A DNA stretch of 64,000 nt, taken from positions 116,487 to 180,486 of the forward strand of contig CAWIGM010000003.1 in the NCBI GenBank assembly GCA_963835725.1. Reading direction: 5' to 3'. Position numbers and translations under genes: made by a program. Under the pieces are notes generated by a model that was given only the letters and a program-made list of their open reading frames with translations, made no database searches and was not told where the DNA came from. This DNA comes from an uncultured Acidobacteriaceae bacterium (GTDB taxonomy: Bacteria; Acidobacteriota; Terriglobia; Terriglobales; Acidobacteriaceae). How positions within the stretch are numbered: the stretch's first letter is position 1; every line of letters begins with the position of its first letter. Of the stretch, positions 43,574 to 52,829 are shown one piece after another.

Positions 43574-46174
43574 GCAGCACGCCGCAACCCGCGAGCGAGT
43601 CCTCACCGGTTCAACCCCCGGAAGCCACTCACGATCCGGCGCTGCGGGCGTTATACCGTCAGGAATTCGAGCGGGAGCGTCGGAGCTTCGAGGCTTCGGG
43701 CGAGGGACTGCGATGTGCGGGGGAACGCTCAGCCCTCGTCGATCGTTTAACTCTGACATTGTGGGACAGTAGTTTTACACATGACGCGTCAGCCGGAGTT
43801 TCACTAGCGGCGGTCGGCGGATATGGGCGCAAACAGCTCTTTCCTCACTCCGATGTCGATCTGTTGTTTCTCACCCGCGACGACGAACTTCGCGAGGCAA
43901 TTAAAGATCGGGTCAGAAATCTCTGCCAGCAGATGTGGGATGCCGGATTGCGGGTCAGTCCAGCGACCCGCACGCTAGCCGAGTGCGCGCGCTTCGACCA
44001 GGACAACGTCGAGTTCACGCTGTCGCTGCTGGACTGCCGCTTTCTTGCCGGCGATAGTGCGTTGTTCGCGCAACTGGAATCGAAGAAGCTTCCGGAACTG
44101 ATTACCCGTGAGTCGGATTCGCTTCTGCAATGCCTCGCAAATGCAACTGCAGTCCGGCACCAGCGCTTCGGCAACACCATCTTTCATCTTGAGCCGAACC
44201 TGAAGGACGGTCCCGGTGGCCTGCGCGACTGCCACGTCTCGCAGTGGATTGACAAGATTCTGGGCAGCGAGGCCAACCCGCGCTCGCAAAGCTTATCGGC
44301 GGCCTTGGAGTTTCTTTCATCCGCCCGATGCCACCTGCACTACACGGCCAACCGCGACGACAACACGCTGAACTGGGCGGCGCAGGAACAGCTCGCGATT
44401 CGAGGCGTAGGGACAGGAGCCGGCGCGGTATCTGCCGCAGAGTGGATGCGGCTCTATTTTGGTCACGCGCGAGCGGTCCTTCGCGAGGCTTCGAACCGCC
44501 TACTCCAGGCCTCTCAGCAACGCTCCTCGCTCTATCGAAGCTTTCAGCACTGGCGATCGCGGATCTCAAACACCGAATTCTCCGTTATCGACGGTCGAGT
44601 CTACTTCCAGCAGAGTGCCGACGCCCGCGACGCCGAGGCTGTTCTACGCCTATTTGCATTCGTTGCCAAGCACGGCGTCACGTTGAGCGCAGACGCCGAG
44701 CGCCGCATCGGCGAAGCCTATAAGCGGCTGGCGGAAACGGTACCGCAGAACGAAACTCTTTGGCCGTATCTGCGCGACATCCTCGTCCAGCCGCATGCCG
44801 CGCACGCCTTGCGGGCCATGCACTCGGTGAACCTGCTATCGCACGCTCTGCCGGAGTTCGAGGCTGTCAACCTGCTCGTGCTGCGCGATCTCTATCACCG
44901 GTATACGGTCGATGAGCATACCTTCCTGGCGATCGACGTCTTGCACCAGCTGAAAACGACCACTGAGCAGGCGTTGCTGCCCTTCGCCGAGTTGCTCTCC
45001 GAGGTTGAGCGTCCGGAACTGCTTTATCTGGCGCTCCTGCTGCACGACACCGGCAAAGGGCTGGAGGGCTCCGACCACGTTTACAGCAGCCTTCAGTTCG
45101 CCCAGACGGCCACCAAGCGGATGGGGCTCAGTAAAGAAGATGCATGGATGGTGTGCTTCCTCGTGTCCGGCCACTTGGAGATATCATCCACGCTGCGTCG
45201 TCGAGATATCTACGACCCAACTGCCATCGCTGAACTCGCAGAGAAGATCGGAACTCCTGAGCGGCTGAAGATGCTCGCGCTACTCACTCTCGCGGACATC
45301 AAGGCGGTCAATCCGGATGCGCTGACGCCGTGGAAGGCCGAAAACCTGTGGCGGCTGTACACCTCGACGGCAAACTACTTCGATCGCAGCGCCGACAGCA
45401 CGCTCGCGGCCGACGTTTCGCGCAAAGCCATTGACGACATCGTAGCGCTTCAGCCCTTGCGCCGCCTGGAGGTGCTGGGGTTCCTCGATGGTCTGCCACA
45501 GCGATACGCCCTCTCGCATGCTGCCGAGGAAGTGATCCAGCACTTCCGAATGTCAACCCGGCTGGCAAAGGAGCCGGTACAACTGCTCCTGCAGCCGCGC
45601 TCGGGAGACTACGAGCTCACCGTGGTCACCGGCGATCGCGGCGGCCTGTTCAGCACGCTGGCTGGCGCTCTGTACGGCTGGGGGATGGATATATCCAAGG
45701 CTGCGGCCTTTTCCAACAGCAGCGGCGTTGTTCTCGATACGTTCTACTTCAAGGATCGATTTCGCACGCTGGAGTTGAATCCGACGGAACGCGAGCGATT
45801 CCTGCGCTCGGTACGGGAGATCCTGCAGGGGGAAGCGTCGCTGGAGAAATTGCTGGAGTCGCGACTGCGCGCCGATCAACGTCCGGTGAAGCTGACGGTG
45901 GAAACGCGGATTCGGCACGACAACGAATGTTCGGCCAGGAATTCTCTACTGGAAGTGGTCACGCAAGACCGGCCCGGATTGCTGCACACGATTAGTTCGA
46001 CCCTGACGGCAGGAACAATGCAGCATCGAAGTAGCCCTGATCGATACGGAGGGTCCGCTGGCGCATGACGTGTTTTACCTGACGCGCAAGGGAGAGAAGC
46101 TCACGACCGAGCAAATGCGCGATTTGGAATGGGCTTTGGCGGCTGAACTGGCTGACTCGATTCCAAGCTGGTAG
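43570..46174 (+). CDS. glnD: [Protein-PII] uridylyltransferase/uridylyl-removing enzyme. The C-terminal ACT region is shifted by an apparent 1-nt insertion near 46000-46010.
   Basis: GTGA start/stop overlap with glnK. NT domain GGYGRKQLFPHSDVDLL, HD domain HDTGKG and ACT domains. After ...LLHTISSTL the next frame continues RQEQCSIEVALIDTEGPLAHDVFYLTRKGEKL...IPSW, stopping at 46172-46174. Confidence 0.85.
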
Positions 46175-46180
46175 CCGACG

Positions 46181-46570
46181 CTATTCAAACTCTACAACGA
46201 CCTGGTTCACTTTCACTCCATCGCCGTGGGCCACATTGATCTTTTTGACCTTACCGGCTCCCGGAGCGGTGATATTGGTTTCCATCTTCATTGCCTCAAG
46301 GACCATCATGAGGTCGTTTGGCTGGAGGGTTTGCCCCGGCTGAACGTTGAGCTTCACCACGACTCCGGCGACGGGACTGCGGCATACTTTGGACTCGTCC
46401 ACCACTTCGTCGGCCGGCGGTGCCTCGTTCCCGGGCGCAGCAAGTGTTACCGGTTGCACCGTCGTCGGCTGGCCGTGCGGCGCAAGGTAAACCGGAGCGA
46501 CATTGTCGTCCTCCAGTACTTCAATGTCTACAACGTACTCGTTACCGTCTATACCGATTTTCAGCTTCAA
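46181..46570 (-). CDS. Biotin carboxyl carrier subunit (1.3S/gamma-type biotinyl protein)
   Basis: 129-aa ORF ending in the biotinyl domain with LEAMKMETNITAP (AMKM biotinylation motif). Confidence 0.85.
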   Translation of the reverse strand: MKLKIGIDGNEYVVDIEVLEDDNVAPVYLAPHGQPTTVQPVTLAAPGNEAPPADEVVDESKVCRSPVAGVVVKLNVQPGQTLQPNDLMMVLEAMKMETNITAPGAGKVKKINVAHGDGVKVNQVVVEFE

Positions 46571-46602
46571 CGTTCACCACCCTGAATGGCCCGTTATCGT
46601 TG

Positions 46603-46965
46603 TTATCTCTCGTGTCGCAACCAATGCGAAGCCTGCACGCTTACGCGGCCTTGCTGCGACCACGGATTGACAATTTCGTAAGGCGTTTGCAGCATTCGCG
46701 CTGAGCGAATGCGAATCTTCTTGCCGAGAAATGAGCTCACAGCGGCCGCGATGATGACCAGTACATCGGGGCTGACGGCGTTCTCGTGAGATGGAGCTTC
46801 CGCCGGTGCCGTGGACGGCTTCGCCGTGAGATTTGCCAGCAACTCCGATTGTTGAGCCAGTTGCCGCCGCATTTGCTCGACGATGTCCGTCAGCGATGCA
46901 ACCTGCTGTTTGAGGCTGCGAAGTTCTTCGCTGTCGACTTGTTCGAGTACCTGCTGCTTGTCCAT
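46603..46965 (-). CDS. Small subunit with an OadG-like C-terminal segment and an N-terminal coiled coil
   Basis: AGGAG SD. The C-terminal VLVIIAAAVSSFLGKKIRIRSARML...NPWSQQGR resembles the conserved C-terminal part of OadG/decarboxylase gamma-delta subunits. The usual N-terminal TM anchor is not evident. Confidence 0.5.
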   Translation of the reverse strand: MDKQQVLEQVDSEELRSLKQQVASLTDIVEQMRRQLAQQSELLANLTAKPSTAPAEAPSHENAVSPDVLVIIAAAVSSFLGKKIRIRSARMLQTPYEIVNPWSQQGRVSVQASHWLRHER

Positions 46966-47075
46966 CACTACTCCTGAAAAACCTGCCGTGCTGCGGCTCA
47001 GCCCTTCTCTTTCGCGTCTGCCCCGAGGCCTGCGCCCGGGCTAAACCCATCCTGCGGCTAGTGCTTCGCGACGTC

Positions 47076-48656
47076 TTATAGCGGAATCAGCCCATGTTTT
47101 TTGGGCGGCCGAAGTTCTCGCTTTGCGTGTAGAGCTTCAAGCGCCAGGGCCAGATACTTCCGCGTCGTCGACGGTTCAATAATGTCATCGACCAGTCGCC
47201 GCCCTGCCGCGACATAAGGATTCGCAAATGTCTCGCGATAACTCGCGATCAGTTCCTTGCGCTTTGCGTTCTTATCTTTCGCCAGCGTGATCTCGTTGCG
47301 GAAGACGATCTCGGCAGCACCTTCAGCGCCCATCACCGCGATCTCGGCCGTCGGCCATGCCACCACACGATCGGCTCCCAGATCCTTTCCGCACATGGCA
47401 AGGTAGGCACCGCCATAAGCTTTCCGCAGAATCACCGTGAGCTTGGGGACGGTGGCTGCCGAATAGGCGAACAGCATCTTCGCGCCGTGACGAATGATCC
47501 CGCCGTACTCCTGCTGAACTCCCGGCAGGAATCCGGGAACATCGACCAGCGTCAGCAATGGAATGTTGAAGGCATTGCAGAAGCGCACAAATCGCGCAGA
47601 CTTGTCGGAGGCATTGATGTCGAGGGCTCCCGCCGACACTGCAGGCTGATTGGCTACTACCCCGATCGGCCTTCCCTGCAGGCGCCCAAAGCCGACAACG
47701 ATGTTTGGCGCAAAGCCCGGCTGGATCTCCAGAAAGTCCTCATAGTCCAGCAAGCGCACGATCACCGACCGGATGTCGTAACTGACCTTGGGATCGCTCG
47801 GCACAAGTCGATTCATCTCCGGGTCGTCTTCAATGGGCAGTTGATAGGCGAGCCGTGGCGGATCTTCGAGATTGTTGGACGGCATGAAGCTCAATAGCCG
47901 GCGGCAGAGGTACATCGCCTCTTCATCGTTCTGCGCCACCAGGTGGACCACACCCGAGGCATTCATCTGCGCAGCGGGCCCGCCGAGTGCTTCCGCGGTT
48001 ACGCTCTCTCCTGTCACCTGCTTGATGACCTGCGGCCCGGTGATGAACATCTGCGAGTTCAGCGTCTGAATGATGAAGTCGGTCAGCGCAGGGCTGTAGG
48101 CCGCGCCACCCGCACAGGGTCCGCAGATCACCGAGATCTGCGGCACTGTTCCCGACAGCACGACGTTGTTGTAGAAGACGCGGCCGTAACCGGAGAGGCT
48201 GTCGATGCCCTCCTGCACACGCGCACCGCCGGAGTCGTTGATGAGGACGAACGGGCTTCCGGTCTTGAGCGACATTTGCATCATGTCGGCTATTTTCTGG
48301 CAGTGCAGTTCGCCGGCGGCGCCGCCAGCGACCGTGAAGTCCTGGCTGGCAAGGTGCACCAGTCGGCCATCCATCGTCGCGCATCCGGTGACCACGCCAT
48401 CGGCCGGCATATCTTTGTCGGCCATGCCGAAGTAGGTCGCGCGATGCTTGGCGAACAGGCCAACCTCCTGAAAGCTCTCGCGATCGACAAGTTTGTCGAT
48501 GCGTTCGCGGGCCGTCAGCTTGCCGGCTGCGTGCTGCTTGTCGATCTTCTCCTTACCGCCGCCCAACTGGATATGCTCGCGGTTCTTGCGCAGCTTTTCC
48601 AGACGGCTGGTTGCTGATTTCTGTTCGACTTTCGCTTTTTCCACCGGTGCTGGCAT
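47076..48656 (-). CDS. Acyl-CoA carboxyltransferase (methylmalonyl-CoA carboxyltransferase 12S / propionyl-CoA carboxylase beta type)
   Basis: GKLTARERIDKL, INDSGGARVQEG and CGPCAGGAAYSPALTDF are carboxyl_trans family motifs. The ATG at 48656 is preceded by GGGAGA. Confidence 0.85.
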   Translation of the reverse strand: MPAPVEKAKVEQKSATSRLEKLRKNREHIQLGGGKEKIDKQHAAGKLTARERIDKLVDRESFQEVGLFAKHRATYFGMADKDMPADGVVTGCATMDGRLVHLASQDFTVAGGAAGELHCQKIADMMQMSLKTGSPFVLINDSGGARVQEGIDSLSGYGRVFYNNVVLSGTVPQISVICGPCAGGAAYSPALTDFIIQTLNSQMFITGPQVIKQVTGESVTAEALGGPAAQMNASGVVHLVAQNDEEAMYLCRRLLSFMPSNNLEDPPRLAYQLPIEDDPEMNRLVPSDPKVSYDIRSVIVRLLDYEDFLEIQPGFAPNIVVGFGRLQGRPIGVVANQPAVSAGALDINASDKSARFVRFCNAFNIPLLTLVDVPGFLPGVQQEYGGIIRHGAKMLFAYSAATVPKLTVILRKAYGGAYLAMCGKDLGADRVVAWPTAEIAVMGAEGAAEIVFRNEITLAKDKNAKRKELIASYRETFANPYVAAGRRLVDDIIEPSTTRKYLALALEALHAKRELRPPKKHGLIPL

Positions 48657-48693
48657 TCCATCTCCCTGAGGTTGGGGCGAGCCTATGCTCTGG

Positions 48694-50202
48694 CTAGCCG
48701 GCAGGAGCAACTGTTACCTTGTGCTCCTGGCCATTAAGGGTGATCACGTAGGTATGAGGTGAAGCCGGTTCGGGCTTTTCGGGCGCAGCCGGCGGCTTCG
48801 GCACAGGCTTCGCTGCGACAGCGCTCGGGTCCCTGCCCAGATTCTTCGGGCCCTCGGCACGAGTCTTGAAGAACTTCGGCGCCACTTGCGGGAACATTGC
48901 ATAGGTCAGCACATCTTCGTCGCTGCCATTGCAGCCCTCTAGTGCCAAAGTCTGCGTGCGCAGCTGCTCCCACTCGGGCTTAAGCAGGTCCGCCGGACGA
49001 ATATTGATGACCGATTTCTTCGCGTGCTCGGCGGCCTTCTTCACGATCTCAGGATTCTTCTCGCCCAAGGTGCTGCCGTAGTAGCCAAGCATCAGGTCAG
49101 CGAACTCGCCCGTAAGCACTTTGTACGGTCCCATGAGGACGTTGAACACAGCCTGGGTGCCGACGATCTGACTCGATGGCGTCACCAGCGGCGGATAGCC
49201 GGCGTCTTTGCGAACTCTCGGAACTTCTTCGAGTACGTCGTGCAAACGATCGGCGGCGCCCTGCCCTTTCAGCTGACTCTCCATGTTGGAGATCATGCCG
49301 CCCGGGATCTGGCTCTTGAAGATTTCGGTATCGACGCCACTGAACTCGCTGAGAAACTCGCGATAGCGCGGACGAATCTTCGCGAAGTGATCGCGCACAC
49401 GCAGAATGCGCTTGAGGTCGAGCCGGGTCTCGAAGCCAGTTCCTTCCAGCATCTCAACCAGGGCTTCGGTGGGATTGTGGCCCGGGCCGAGTGACATTGA
49501 GCTGACCGATGTGTCGACGATGTCGCATCCGGCCTCGATGGCCTTCATGTACGAAACCAGGGTGACGCCGGTGGTGGCATGCGCGTGCAGATGCACCAGC
49601 GTGTCCTGCCCGCACCTGGCCTTGATGTTACTGACCAGGTCGAACGCGGCTTGCGGCTTAAGCAGCCCGGCCATGTCCTTGATGCAGATGGAGTCGCAGC
49701 CCATCTCCTTCAACTGCTGTGCCATCTCGATGAAGGCTTCGGTGGTGTGCACCGGACTAGTGGTGTACGAAATCGTTCCCTCGGCATGCTTGCCGGTGCG
49801 CTTAACAGCGGCGATGCTGGTGCGAAGGTTGCGCAGATCGTTCAGCGCATCGAAAACGCGGAAGACATCCATGCCGGCATCGGCAGCCTTCTCCACGAAG
49901 CGCTCCACCACGCCGTCTTCATAATGGCGATACCCCAGCAGGTTCTGGCCGCGCAACAGCATCTGCAGGCGCGACTTCGGCAGCAACTTGCGGAAGGTGC
50001 GCAGGCGCTCCCAGGGGTCTTCATTCAGAAAGCGGATGCAGGCGTCGAAGGTGGCCCCTCCCCAACACTCCAGTGACCAGTAACCGGCGTTGTCGAGGTC
50101 CTCGCAAACGGGAACCATGTCTTCCAGCGCCATTCGGGTTGCTAACAGACTTTGGTGGGCATCTCTGAGGGCAAGCTCAGTTACTTGGATAACACGAGAC
50201 AT
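48694..50202 (-). CDS. Oxaloacetate decarboxylase alpha / pyruvate carboxylase subunit B / transcarboxylase 5S-type carboxyltransferase, without its own biotinyl domain
   Basis: TELALRDAHQSL, ECWGGATFD, FRVFDALND and HLHAHATTG (HMGL-like TIM barrel). The protein ends without an AMKM motif. Confidence 0.85.
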   Translation of the reverse strand: MSRVIQVTELALRDAHQSLLATRMALEDMVPVCEDLDNAGYWSLECWGGATFDACIRFLNEDPWERLRTFRKLLPKSRLQMLLRGQNLLGYRHYEDGVVERFVEKAADAGMDVFRVFDALNDLRNLRTSIAAVKRTGKHAEGTISYTTSPVHTTEAFIEMAQQLKEMGCDSICIKDMAGLLKPQAAFDLVSNIKARCGQDTLVHLHAHATTGVTLVSYMKAIEAGCDIVDTSVSSMSLGPGHNPTEALVEMLEGTGFETRLDLKRILRVRDHFAKIRPRYREFLSEFSGVDTEIFKSQIPGGMISNMESQLKGQGAADRLHDVLEEVPRVRKDAGYPPLVTPSSQIVGTQAVFNVLMGPYKVLTGEFADLMLGYYGSTLGEKNPEIVKKAAEHAKKSVINIRPADLLKPEWEQLRTQTLALEGCNGSDEDVLTYAMFPQVAPKFFKTRAEGPKNLGRDPSAVAAKPVPKPPAAPEKPEPASPHTYVITLNGQEHKVTVAPAG

Positions 50203-50544
50203 CTTGGGCGGCTCCTGAATCTGATCCTAGTGTAGCCGCGTTCTGTATGGGTCGGCGTACAACGAAAGTTGTTGTTAGCCTTTGCCGAAAGGGGAACGCA
50301 ACTGATTTGAAACAAGCTTGTTAAACGAACGTTCTGTTGAGAAAATCGCGCGCGCAGGCGAGGTAGTTTCTATGGTTGGCAGCGCTGTCTGGCCTTCGAG
50401 AGGTATCGCATCGGTCAATTCCTCTCGGCGTCTGAGTTGTGTTGCAAAATGAAACGGCAAGGAAGAAAATGTTCGAAATATTTCTGCAATTGCTGTAACG
50501 CGTTCGTGGGGAACGCATCCATTCATAGTCGTCTTTTTGCAATC

Positions 50545-51087
50545 ATGAACTCAGCTACCAAAGGTCGCCTCCTTGGGCTTGCCGGGCTGTCGGTATTCGC
50601 GGTTTGGGTTACCGTCAGCTTGGGAAGTAGTCTGTTCCTCTGCCTCGAGAGCCTCACCTGGCCAACCGTGCCGGTGCAGGTGGTTTCCTCCGGCCTCAAC
50701 ACCGGGGAGTCGAATGCCGGGCGTTGGTGGCAGCCGGCCATTGTCTACTCCTACGAGCTGAACGGACACACGTATCAGTCCGGCAATCTGCGTTACATGC
50801 TGCGACCGATCTACCAGGAAGACGACGCGCGGCAGATTCAGGCCGAGTACCCGGCAAACGCCCGCGTAACGGCGGCTTACAATCCTCGAAATCCGTCGCA
50901 GAGTGTCCTGGAGCCCGGCATTCCTGCCGGCCTGCGTTGGATCCCTCTTGTCCCGCTGTTACTGTGGGGGCTTCTAGGCTATTTCTACTTCGAGATCAAG
51001 CATCCGGGGCGCAGGATGGTGCTGCTGCCGGACATCGAATCGGCGCAGGACCGGGATGAAGCTCCGCGCACATCCAAGGCTGCCTGA
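50545..51087 (+). CDS. DUF3592 domain-containing membrane protein
   Basis: N-terminal TM, then WP.V...V............W...I.Y.Y...G..Y, then a C-terminal TM. This matches the DUF3592 topology. Confidence 0.6.
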   Translation: MNSATKGRLLGLAGLSVFAVWVTVSLGSSLFLCLESLTWPTVPVQVVSSGLNTGESNAGRWWQPAIVYSYELNGHTYQSGNLRYMLRPIYQEDDARQIQAEYPANARVTAAYNPRNPSQSVLEPGIPAGLRWIPLVPLLLWGLLGYFYFEIKHPGRRMVLLPDIESAQDRDEAPRTSKAA

Positions 51088-51153
51088 GCGCCCAGGCCCG
51101 TGCTATAACTTGTTTAGCCGCCCGCGACCGGCTGACGAGAGGATTTCCCTGCG

Positions 51154-51819
51154 GTGAACGTGCCGAATTATTTGACGATTTCCCGCATTCTCAGCGTTCC
51201 CTTGCTGATCTGGATTCTCTCAACCAATCTCATCAGTAGCGTTCACGGCGAGAAAGAACTTCTCGCCGCAGCCGTCTTCAGCCTGGCCGCCATCACCGAC
51301 CGTTTGGACGGATACCTCGCCCGCAAGCATGGGCTCATCACCCGTGTCGGGATGCTGCTGGATCCGCTGGCGGATAAGCTGCTCATCGCCTCGGCGCTAA
51401 TCATCCTGGTCCAGTTCAACCCACACTTGATGCCGGCGTGGATTGCCGTGGTCGTGATTGGCCGCGAGTTCCTGGTGACCGATCTGCGCGTAGTTGCTGC
51501 GACGGAAGGGTTCACCATTCAGGCGCGTGATCTCGGCAAATGGAAAATGGGCGTCCAGATTGCCGCGGTGCTGGCCTGCATCCTCGGACGGAAGTGGCCT
51601 GTCGGCGATCTGGGACTTGGCTATGTGTATCTGCCACTGCCGATCGAATGGATCGGCCGAATCACAATTTGGGGCATGGTGATTCTGTCGGTGGTTTCGG
51701 CTATCGATTACTTTGTGGTCTTCTGGAACAAAATCGATGCCGCCGCGATAGCCCATCATCACAGTACGCGCCCTGTGCGCCGGCCCGTGCGCTCGAAGAT
51801 GAGCCCCGTCCGCGAATAG
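51154..51819 (+). CDS. pgsA: CDP-diacylglycerol--glycerol-3-phosphate 3-phosphatidyltransferase
   Basis: NYLTISRIL and the CDP-alcohol phosphatidyltransferase motif DRLDGYLARK...G..LDPLADK. GTG start. Confidence 0.85.
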   Translation: MNVPNYLTISRILSVPLLIWILSTNLISSVHGEKELLAAAVFSLAAITDRLDGYLARKHGLITRVGMLLDPLADKLLIASALIILVQFNPHLMPAWIAVVVIGREFLVTDLRVVAATEGFTIQARDLGKWKMGVQIAAVLACILGRKWPVGDLGLGYVYLPLPIEWIGRITIWGMVILSVVSAIDYFVVFWNKIDAAAIAHHHSTRPVRRPVRSKMSPVRE

Positions 51820-51880
51820 TCCTCTCACATCACAAACAACGCTCTTCGATTCGCGTAACATAGGCGGCATAGGAGTCTCT

Positions 51881-52438
51881 ATGGCAGCCAATTCGCAATC
51901 ATCTGTACTCATTTTTATCGAAGACCACTACGAGGATATGGAATTGATGTATCCCAAGTACCGGCTCGAAGAAGCGGGCTACCGCGTCGTCATTGCTGGT
52001 CCGAAGGCTAAGCACACGTATCTGGGAAAACACGGTTATCCGTGCGTCAGTGACGCTGCGATCGCCGACATGGAAGAGAAAGATTTCGTCGGCGTCATCT
52101 GTCCCGGAGGCTGGGCCCCCGATAAGCTGCGCCGCATCGAGAAGCTGAAAGAGTTGTTGGTGCAGTTTCATCGGTCCAAGAAGCTGGTCGCGGCGATCTG
52201 CCATGGCGGCTGGATGCCAATTTCTGCCGGCATCTATGGCGGGGTGCGTGTGACCGGCAGCCTGGGAATTAAAGACGACCTGGTAAATGCCGGGGCGATC
52301 TTCGAAGATGCAGCGGTAGTCACAGACCGACATTTTGTGAGCAGCCGGAAGCCGGATGACTTGCCGGCGTTCATGACGGAGTGCCTGAAAACATTAGCGG
52401 TGAGGGTCGCGTCTGAACGCCAGGCCGTGACTATTTAG
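51881..52438 (+). CDS. DJ-1/PfpI family protein (type 1 glutamine amidotransferase-like)
   Basis: AGGAG SD. Nucleophile elbow AAICHGG. PfpI-like length of 185 aa. Confidence 0.8.
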   Translation: MAANSQSSVLIFIEDHYEDMELMYPKYRLEEAGYRVVIAGPKAKHTYLGKHGYPCVSDAAIADMEEKDFVGVICPGGWAPDKLRRIEKLKELLVQFHRSKKLVAAICHGGWMPISAGIYGGVRVTGSLGIKDDLVNAGAIFEDAAVVTDRHFVSSRKPDDLPAFMTECLKTLAVRVASERQAVTI

Positions 52439-52452
52439 TTGCAGGGCTTGTT

Positions 52453-52468
52453 TGTGATGCCCATCACC
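52453..52468. promoter_or_regulatory. CRP/FNR-type site (9 of 10 half-site bases) at the far end of the glpA leader
   Basis: TGTGA-tgccca-TCACC, 15 nt after the pfpI-like stop and ~370 nt upstream of glpA. Confidence 0.3.
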
Positions 52469-52829
52469 GACAGAGCAATAAGCGGTGCGGATAATCGTGT
52501 TGTTGTAACACCGCTTCTCGGAGAGTGATCGAGAAACCAGTAGCGGTGGCTGTTCGCGGGTAAAGAGAACGAACGTTTCGGGGTCTGGAAGGGATCCTGG
52601 GATGGAGTTCCGAGCGGCAGCCCACCCCGGCTTTGCACTGGTACTTTCCTGGTCAGTCCAAAGCTTCTGCGCGTGAGCTGAGTACCTCTCCTCGATTCCT
52701 TCCCATCGTATCTGTCGTACACAATTTCCTTCTTCCTTCCCGGCACGTTCTCGGTTTGAGCCCTCGCAGGTCCAGCAAATAGCTCGATCGAATTTGCTGT
52801 GTTTGCGCCGGAGTTCATGAGCGGAGCGC

